From assembly GCA_951406725.2 (NCBI GenBank), contig OX597818.1:58714001-58778000 (forward strand): a DNA stretch of 64,000 nt, in the 5' to 3' direction. The notes below the pieces were generated by a model. It was given only the letters and a program-made list of their open reading frames with translations. It ran no database searches and was not told the DNA's origin. Below, in pieces: positions 54,229-64,000 of this stretch (its first letter is position 1; each line of letters starts with the position of its first letter). The translations under genes were made by a program, and so were the position numbers. Source of the DNA: Octopus vulgaris (lineage: Eukaryota).

Positions 54229-55645
54229 TATATATTTATATATATGTATTTGAATTTAAAATAAGGGTTAGCAATTGAATATTAATTTGATTGATATCAA
54301 TTTAAAACCAGTGGTATAGCATATAGAAACATCCGAATATTCAGAAAAATTATATTACATACATATAAGAGGGATGACAACTAGTGGACATCCACTATGG
54401 TAGAAGTCGACCCTACGTAAGTGGTTTCATGGACATCCATTAAGCTAGCAGTCGACATCTACGTAAGTAATTACGTAAGTGGTAACAACGAAACCAAGTT
54501 TGTGATTATTCTGTATATTTTGTATCTTTTCGTTTGTCTTGCTCGCTTACGTTTTGGCGTTTGCTAAATTTTCTTGAGAACATTCCTTTCTTAGTGGTAA
54601 GGCAATAGGCGTCGACTTCCAGCATAATGGATGTCCACTTATGGTCATCCTTCTTGATTAATAGGTTTGTTGCAGTCTCTAGTAGACCACTGGCACAGTT
54701 TGGGCTAACTGGTGTCGAGGTATATTTCCATTGTATCTACTTTAGGAACTCCGCACTTTTAGTTGAGATAATCATAATAATTGTTTAAGTAACCAGATGG
54801 ATTTGGTATTAATCTTTAATTTGTACAACGATCGTTTTGATTCATCTTTCCACTGTCCCTTATGCGTTTGATTCCGTTCAACAGGCTCCGTTGTATGTAT
54901 TTTGCAGTCTGGGTCTTATCAGGTAGAGTAATACATAAAGTTATGTCTGGCTAAAGATACCGAGTTTTGGCTGCCATGTTCTTATTCAATTATTATTATC
55001 TTTTTATAAGAATTGCAAACATTTGTAAATATAGACGTATAACCGTTGATAAATAAAATACTTTGTAAGGGAACTGGGTGGATAAAAAGGGAGGGATTGA
55101 GTTACGGTGGGGTTAAGACAACAGTATAGTACGAGGAAAAGGACGACAAAGATATATATCCACAGGCTAGGCTGTCTAGGGAACGGAAGATTGTTTAGCA
55201 AGATGACTTAGGTTGGGATGCATTTAATAACATTCGCGCACACTCCCGCTTGTACATACACTCACACAACAGACATTGGCTGACCTGCATTTATGGTCAA
55301 TTTCGGCCTTAGTTCGTATGATTTATGGTTGGAAGAGAATCTCACCAGAACTCTGTCATCAGTCACCTCAAGGCTAGGACTGCTTGCAGGCAATATAACT
55401 TGCTCCACATCAATATCGCCGAGGGTAATTCCCACTCCCTACGCCTATACACACACACACACATACAAATATATAATTGAATATACAGAGTCAAGAATGA
55501 GTACATTTAGACTTGGTATACACCGTAATACTACTAGCTATTTGATAATTCTGTAGGTGAACGAGATCTACTGTGTACTTTAAAAGTTCATAAATGAAAT
55601 CTATCTATCTATCTAACTATCTATCTATCTACATATAGATACATA

Positions 55646-56913
55646 CAGGGTGGGGACGCAAAATTTACAATGAACGTTAAGTTGTATTTTCTCAGCAAGT
55701 ACTAAGTCAATTGTTTTGAAACCTAGCATATATTGATGTCATAATCATACCTAACACTATTAGCCTTACCTTTTCAGAAAATTTTGCCCAATCAAGAAAG
55801 CAAAAATCAAAGAGTGCGTGATTTTCTGAATGCACTCGTCACACCAAAGGAGATTTCAAGAATAGTTGGAGTGTCCATAAAGACTATTTATAATGTAAAG
55901 AATAGAATGACTATAAGCAAAACTAAAACGAGGAAGTCTGGAAGTGGGGGAATCAACAAAAAACGTACCAAAACTTTTATTAAAGCTCTCAAATCCAAAC
56001 TCCTAAAGGATCCAACCAAATCCATGAGAAAAATGGCAATTGAACTTGAGGTAGACAACAAGACCAGTAGAAATTCAGTAAAATATGATTTTAGGTTAAA
56101 ATCTTACACAAGAACACCAAAACACATTTTGATAACAGCTATGAAGGAAAAGAGATTGGAAAAGAGCAAGTAAATTATTACATGGTTCAAGAAAAATGTC
56201 CTTCATTGTAACGATCTTTTCCGATGAAAAGATCTTCACTGTCGATGCTGTTCTGAACCACAGAAATGACGGATTTATCGCAAAATCAACAGCTGAGGTT
56301 AAGGGGACATTCTAAACAAAACATCCTGCTAAAGTTATGGCTTTTGGTGTTGTGGCTTCCGATGGAAAGAAAATACCTATAAAATTCTACAAAGATGATG
56401 AAAAGATCAATGTTAATACCTACAACAAGACTCTGAGATACCAGGTATTGTCATGGCTTAAAGCAAACTACCCAGATGGTAATTATGTATGGACACAGGA
56501 TGGTGCTCCAGCTCACACAGCTAGAAAAATACAAGATTTCTGCAAATCCAACTTTAGCAATTTTTTGGAATCCTGTTTATGGCTGCCTCCTAGCTCAGAT
56601 CTAAACCCTCTGGATTATGCTATTTGGGGCGTTTTAGAACATGCTACCAATAGAACATTACAAAGCAATGTCGACTCTCTTAAAGATAATATTAAAGAAG
56701 AATGGGAGAAGTTGTCTCCCGAATATTTGAAGAACGACTGTGCAAGTTTCAGGAAGCGTGTGAAGGCAGTTATTGAGAAAGAATAAAAAAAAAATTCTAT
56801 TATGTAAATTTTCTTGTGGCAGATAAATCCATTAACTTTCGATAAACTAATTGGTCATACACTATGTTTCAATCCCTGCCTCAAAATATTGTAAATTTTG
56901 CTTCCCCACCCTG
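55646..56913 (+). mobile_element. Full-length maT-type (DD37D) Tc1/mariner transposon, 1268 bp
   Basis: TIR cagggtggggacgcaaaatttacaat / attgtaaattttgcttccccaccctg; TA on both sides. Confidence 0.93.
55784..56786 (+). pseudogene. Disrupted DD37D transposase
   Basis: HTH N-terminus, IFSDEK, QDGAPAH, 37 residues to D of DLNPLDY; stops and a frameshift at ~56170-56335. Confidence 0.9.
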
Positions 56914-57035
<122 letters not shown>

Positions 57036-57187
57036 TTTTAATATTTTACTAAATATATATATATATGTATGTGTGTGTATATATATATATGTATGTCTAC
57101 ATGTATGTATATATATATATATTATATATATATATTTATATATACATATATATACACACACACATATATATATATATATATACATAC

Positions 57188-57219
<32 letters not shown>

Positions 57220-57220
57220 T

Positions 57221-57275
<55 letters not shown>

Positions 57276-58177
57276 TTGAAGCAGGTATTCTTCTATATTT
57301 TCACAGGAAATTCTGCTCCAAATCATGCAATTTGTAGCAACCGCCGAGACTCTGTCTAACTGATTCACTGTGAAAGTCATCTCTGTTCACTTAACCTGCA
57401 TATATCTCAAAAATCAATATAATTATAGGTTTACATGAAATGTGCTATGTTTTATAACAAACAAACAAAAAATAATGCTATCATGTATTAATACTTGTCA
57501 CTAAATGCAAAACACTATACCTACCTCTAATTCTGTTTTTATGATGCATCCATTCACTAGTATTCTATCGGTATGTTCATCAATTCCTGTCGACATTTAA
57601 CACAGTGTCTCCATTATTGCTGTTATAATCATCTTCCAAATGAAATTGTATTTAGGAAGTAACGCATGGACGTTTTTTTTACAATCTTTTTTTTACCCTT
57701 TCTCTACTTTTCTCCTATCACGTCGAATACCGGATATATGGCGATATATTGTTTGTAATTGATAGAAACGAACAGTTCGCCATTCATTTGATCTGTTAGC
57801 GGAATGAACTTCGAGATGAATGTACCATTGTTAAATAGATAATCTTAACATTATAATTTGTGTTCAACCTGTATATGGCAGCGTACGATCAAGAAGAAAG
57901 GAAACACGAGAAACTGGTGTAAATTTGACAGTAATTCTTGTCTGTTGAATGGAGATTTAAGCACAAAGTAGTGTAGCTAATAGTGTGTATTTTCCGATAA
58001 AAATTTCTTCATGCTCTCATGAATGTGATTGCTAAATCGTTGCGATCTCTTTTGTTATATAGAATTTTAATGGACTGTGATACACATTTGTTAAAGTGCA
58101 ACCATTATTTGGCGTTCATATTGCAGTCGAAACCGTTTCCGTATTTTATTTCAATAAGGGATGTACGCTTGCGTTGC

Positions 58178-58212
58178 ATATCTATCTATCTATCTCTCTA
58201 TCTATCTATCTC

Positions 58213-58273
<61 letters not shown>

Positions 58274-58335
58274 CTGTCTGTTTGTCTGTCTGTCTATCTA
58301 TCTATCTATCTATCCATCTATCTATCTATCTATCC

Positions 58336-58414
<79 letters not shown>

Positions 58415-58449
58415 CATCTATCTATCTATCTGTCTGTCTGTCTATCTAC

Positions 58450-58503
<54 letters not shown>

Positions 58504-58545
58504 GTCTCTATCTATCTATCTATCTATCTCTCTACCTATCTACCT
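58178..58545. repeat. (TATC)n microsatellite
   Basis: Direct inspection. Confidence 0.97.
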
Positions 58546-59286
58546 ATTTTCTATCTACACACACACACACACTAATATAGTAATGGGAACGATAAAAGCA
58601 ATGTAAACAATTTAAGTGCATATTATAAGTTTTCTAAAACAAATTTTGACTCCAGAATTATGTTTCACTAATAACAACATATTTACACACGAAAACCCTC
58701 AGTACTAAGTAAGAACAATACATAGGGAGATACTTTCAGCATGCCACCCCTATTAGTATTTTGTTTGTAATATTTATGAATACAAGATTAAAATCCGGGT
58801 ACGGTCGGAAACTTTTAGTAACGTTCTAACAAGAATCGAAGATACTAAAATTTCAGTTAACTCAGGAAGTAAAATACATTTACAGAATATCATGTTAGGA
58901 TTAAATTTAATATAGAAACCATTGAATGTTACACAAAAATATGAATATATCAGCTGTATAAAAATGAAAATAACAGTAATGATAACAATATAAAAAAATT
59001 AAACAACAATACGTTAGTTTACATATAAAATGCAATATATTCGCTTTCATGTAACTAAACACACGTGTGTGTTTCATTGTGCGTGTGTGTGTGTCATTGC
59101 GTGTGTGTGTCGTATTTTGTGTATGTCTCATTCTGTGTATGTGTCACATTGTGCGTGTGTCTCTCTTATTGTGTGGGTGTCTAATTGTGTGTGTGTGTGT
59201 GTGTGTGTTTGTGAGTTTTATTGATAATATCTGACAAAGAAGCGATACTTCTTTTTCATTCACTTTTTGTGAATGTTGCTGTAGCT

Positions 59287-59321
59287 GGGCGTGATTGACG
59301 TCATCAGACGTTGTATAAATA
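59287..59321 (+). promoter_or_regulatory. Candidate Pol II core promoter: GC box, perfect CRE, TATA box
   Basis: GGGCGTG 59287-59293, TGACGTCA 59296-59303, TATAAATA 59314-59321, followed by a GC-richer stretch. Confidence 0.35.
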
Positions 59322-59660
59322 CCATCGAGTCTTACGAGACTGAAACTTAACCTCCACGTATTGGTGGGTCAGCAGCCGTGGATCAATCACTTCTCACCAC
59401 CGCCTCCCGTCCCCCAGCGTCCGGTGGATTTTGAGGAGAGAGCGTTTTTCGATTATAGGAACCACAAGTACTTGATCTGTATTATTTGATCAAACGAGAA
59501 ATGATGAATGGCAAAGCAGACGTCGGTGGAACTTGAATACAGAACTTAAAGACAATTCTGCCAGCTCAGCTCCTTTCCACACACATACACACGTGCGCGC
59601 ATATATTGCACACACCCACGCACATATCTACATATGTATACGCCAGTGTATATATCATAC

Positions 59661-59763
<103 letters not shown>

Positions 59764-59772
59764 ATATATATG

Positions 59773-60066
59773 TATTTCGTTTTGGGATTTGGTTTGCAAG
59801 ATTCTTTATATGAGTTTGTGTGTTGAAGCATATTCTGTTGTGTCTGGGGAGAGTCATTCTCTTTTAGTGCCTTATTATTTAACACACTCACCGGTAAAAT
59901 TTTCATTTCTTTCTTATTTTTATTTTCTAAAATTTCGTTGCATCTTGCAAGACGCAACGTAAATTTTAGAAAATAAAAATAAGAAATGAGTGGAAATTTT
60001 ACCAGTGAGTGTGTTAAATAATAGGGCACTAAAAGAGAATGACTCTCCACAGACACAACAGAATAT
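59773..60066. mobile_element. Fold-back palindromic element inserted in (TA)n
   Basis: ~118 bp arms 59830-59947 / 59948-60066 around tcttgcaaga, plus a one-sided extension 59773-59829. Confidence 0.85.
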
Positions 60067-60083
60067 ATGCATATGTATATATG

Positions 60084-60175
<92 letters not shown>

Positions 60176-60178
60176 ATG

Positions 60179-60272
<94 letters not shown>

Positions 60273-61443
60273 TAGACAGGCAGGGCATACACACACGCAC
60301 ACACACATGCATACACGCTCGCTCAACGCGCACACACTAACACACACACACATATATTAAGGTTTCATACACTGTTTTACACACAGAATAGCTATATGTG
60401 CGTGTTAAATTGTACACTTCCATTCACAAGTGACGCAATTAGTTGAAAACAAATTTAAAGGTTGGAACTAGCGTGACAATGACAGGTATTATGACATGAA
60501 CAGCCCCTCCACATATGACATCGTGCCTCCTGCTACTATTGTTATTTTTTTTTTTTGTACATGGCTTTTGTATTTAGAAAGTATATTTTTCTTAAAATTA
60601 CGTCAGCTACTTATATTCAGTCAACATACAGTTGATGCTATTTTGAGCTTGGTACTTTGCCTAGAGGTGCCTTTTGCCGAAGCTGTAACTTGCGGAGAGG
60701 TACACGCATCAACGCAGTGAAGGAACATACACAACACAAACGTACACACACATATGCATACACTGGCGAAAATAAATTTAAAACCGACGATAAAAGTTCT
60801 ATTTCTTACAAAATATTTTGTTACTAACACCATACAAATTATTTTAATCGTTTACACCTTATGCAGAATTTATTTCTCTTTCGAATGATGCAGACAATAA
60901 CTATTTCTATACAACTTGAAGAATTCTAATGCTAAATGAATATAAACGTTTCAAATTTATCGGTAAAATTAGTTTAAGACAGTATCATTACAATTTTATT
61001 TAAAGCTTAAGTTTGTAGCAAAAATGAGCAACAAGAACGAAATACATTGTAGTACTTTGTGCCTTAGTCTTTATTCTAAACTAGCAGAGATACCCGGCGT
61101 TGCCCGGTTACATTCAATTGAAGAATTAGACTTTTCTGAGTATATTTTCTGTAATGAGCTGAAATATCTATGTTTCGAATTTCATCAAAATTGGAGATGA
61201 GGGTTGTTTCCCTCTTTACACTCCCTAAAAAAATTTGTAATCGTGACACATGTATCCCATACTACTGATTTTTACGGGCATATTCCAAAATTCCATAGTT
61301 ATTGAACCTGTTAAAAAGATTTTGCTCCTAAAAAATTAAGGTCATGGAGCTCTAAAATGTGAGAGTTAAGGCCCCTGTTGGGGGTGGGCATCTTAATGTC
61401 AACCAGAGAAGTTGAATTGTTGAAAATCTTTTTAACTTGGGTC

Positions 61444-61932
61444 TTATATCTATTGTTTGAAGTCATTTGAAATAGGAAATATATGTTCACTGGGTTTGTA
61501 AAGGAGAGCAAAGCTACAGGAAACCAAAAGACGAATGATAACAATAAACAGTCAGTTACCCTACCCTAGTCGTTACTTGAAGTACCGGTTCAAAAACTAT
61601 TTTATCCTATATATATATATAATAATAATTAAATATGTAGAGTTAAATCCAAATTTACAGGGAAAAGAATCAGATTTAGGATTAAATCCAATTTTATAGT
61701 AAAATTTATAAAATTTATTAGAAAAACCACTATTTTAAATCAAACAAGGAAAGACTTATATCTATTGTTTGAAGTTATTTGAAATAGGAAATATATGTTC
61801 ACTGGGTTTTGAGAGCAAAGCTTCAGGTGGAAACTTCAAAAGACAAAGAATTGTCGATCAAGACAATAAACGATTGTCAGTTTTTTTACCCTACCCTAGT
61901 CGTTACTTGAAGTACCATGGTTCAAAAACTAT
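61444..61932. repeat. Diverged ~160-175 bp direct repeat (61444-61600 and 61756-61932)
   Basis: ttatatctattgtttgaagt...ccctaccctagtcgttacttgaagtacc..ggttcaaaaactat occurs twice. Confidence 0.9.
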
Positions 61933-61934
61933 GT

Positions 61935-62016
<82 letters not shown>

Positions 62017-62109
62017 CACAAACACACACACACAAAGATAAATTGATATATACAACTGAGTGGGCAAACATAAATACGAGAAACTTCGTAGTGCTTTTTT
62101 ATATTTTGA

Positions 62110-62405
62110 TAAGCCTGGTACTTATTCTATCAGTTTCTTCTTGTGAAACCAGTAAGTTACGGGGATTTAAATAAACGAACAAGTTGTGAAGCAGTGATGA
62201 GGGAGAAACACAAAGACACACACATATATACATACATATACATACAATTGATTTCTTTCAGTTTCTGTCTACAAAATCCACTGACCAGGCTTTGGTTGGT
62301 CTCAGGCTATAGCAGAAGACACATGCCAAGTTACCACACAGTGGGACTGAACTGAGGACCATGTGTTTTCGAATCAAGTTTGTTACCACACAGCCACAAC
62401 TGCAC
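62110..62405 (-). mobile_element. Old family A SINE
   Basis: Diverged match to 445-933. Confidence 0.8.
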
Positions 62406-62422
62406 TTATGTATGGGTGTGTA

Positions 62423-62453
<31 letters not shown>

Positions 62454-62624
62454 ATATATGTATGCATATATATATATGTGTATATATATGTGTACATATT
62501 ATATGTACATCTATCTATATATATATATATATATATATACATCTAGACATACATGTATATCTATAGAAATACATCTATACATATACAGCTATACATATAC
62601 ATGTATACATATACAGCTATATAT

Positions 62625-62672
<48 letters not shown>

Positions 62673-62950
62673 TTATTTATATATATACATCCATATACAT
62701 ACAATAGAGAGATGTTTTTGTTTCACTTTTAACACGCAAGACTGAAATAGTGGAGAAGATACGATATTGCTGAGGGCTCGCCCTAGGCAAGAAGTTAGCA
62801 ATTGCTTTGCCCATGACACTACATGGACCCTAAGTAAGGCATGTGTAAAATTTAAATGAAATTGGTTGTGTAGTTCTCAAAGTTTAGGGAAACACACAGC
62901 CAGACAGACACACGTTCTCAGTTTTGTATATATATATATGTATATATATA

Positions 62951-63057
<107 letters not shown>

Positions 63058-63099
63058 AATAGTAAAAAGTGAAAAAACTACAGAAGGCTTAAATGTTAA

Positions 63100-64000
63100 A
63101 AAATATATATTTGCGTCAATATGTCTGAAGAATATTAAAAAATTTTTTGAAGAATATTAAAAAAATATGTTTCCTCTTATAATGACATAATTTAGAAGAC
63201 GACCGGTTTCGCGTTTAGCTTTTCAAATTTCTTGCGACGTTATGTTTATGTTGAACAGGGTTATCGTTATGTTTATGTTCAAAAGAGTTCTAAATAAGGG
63301 AAGGTAGTGATTGATTTCTTCCGGTGTAAGGGATATAATCGCTTAACATTTTTTTCCTTTCCCTTGGTGTGAATTTCTCTGTATAAGTATGTTGGGATGG
63401 TTAATTCTGGGCTTGTACTTTTCAATGAAGAATGTTTCCTTGTTTAGTCTAATTTGTGTTGATGATCCGATAGCACATTGGTAAAATGGAAAGATTAAAA
63501 ATTGTGGTAGTAGTTGCTTTGCGCATTTCTCAATGTGCTCACTAAAAGGTATCATTCTGTATTCTGGGAATGCAATCTGTTGTCGATGCAGTGTGCATCT
63601 ACGTCTGAATGATAGTCCCGTGGATCCCACGTAGTCTTGGTGGCAGCCCGAGCATTTTATGACATAAATTATGTTTTCAGAGGCACAAGTAAAGTTAGAT
63701 TTGATCTTGAATTTCTGTCCCCCTTTAAAGAGGAATTCTGATCCTTCTAGCAGGTTTGGACATGTTGCACAGTTCGATCTACCACATTTTTTTTTACTTT
63801 TGCATCCGTAATATCAGAAGACAATTTTGCCTTTGTGAGAATCTTTTTAAGTGATTTAGGTTGTTTGTAGCTTTTAATGATTTGGTGTATGTTTAGAATT
63901 TCCTTTAATTTGGGGTCCTTATGAAGTATTGGTAACTTCTGGGTGATGATGGTGAAGGCTTCTTTGTTTCTGGGGTTTTATGTAGATATGTAAGGTAGTA
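63100..64000 (-). mobile_element. 3' part of a Penelope-like retroelement: GIY-YIG endonuclease region (ORF ends 63343) and pLTR; continues beyond the window
   Basis: Minus-strand SNFTCASENIIYVIKCSGCHQDYVGST...RCTLHRQQI...KETFFIEKYKP; cgcGAAACcgGTC hammerhead half at ~63200-63213. Confidence 0.85.

Overview
Eukaryotic, very AT-rich, repeat-saturated DNA. The SINE families and microsatellite load point to a cephalopod, probably Octopus (inference from repeat content). No host protein-coding gene could be supported, and most ORF-track entries are translations of (TA)n, (TATG)n or (TATC)n. The main element is a near full-length CR1-group LINE (~12.5-17.97 kb). It has a tandem-repeat 5' region, an ORF1 with a trihelix Myb/SANT-like domain and a CCCH finger (interrupted by one in-frame TGA), and an intact APE+RT ORF2. 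The window also holds at least four tRNA-derived SINE families, mariner (DD34D) and maT (DD37D) transposon relics, MITEs, Helentron-like elements, R4-like and Penelope fragments, and several fold-back palindromes. The most notable observation is a set of hammerhead-ribozyme motifs in short non-coding elements lying in or beside (TA)n tracts. Two have fully canonical cores (9629-9671 +, 38712-38806 -). The first sits in a highly structured, retrozyme-like ~410 nt unit that carries its own antisense copy of the catalytic core. All motifs and pairings were read by eye; family names need database confirmation.
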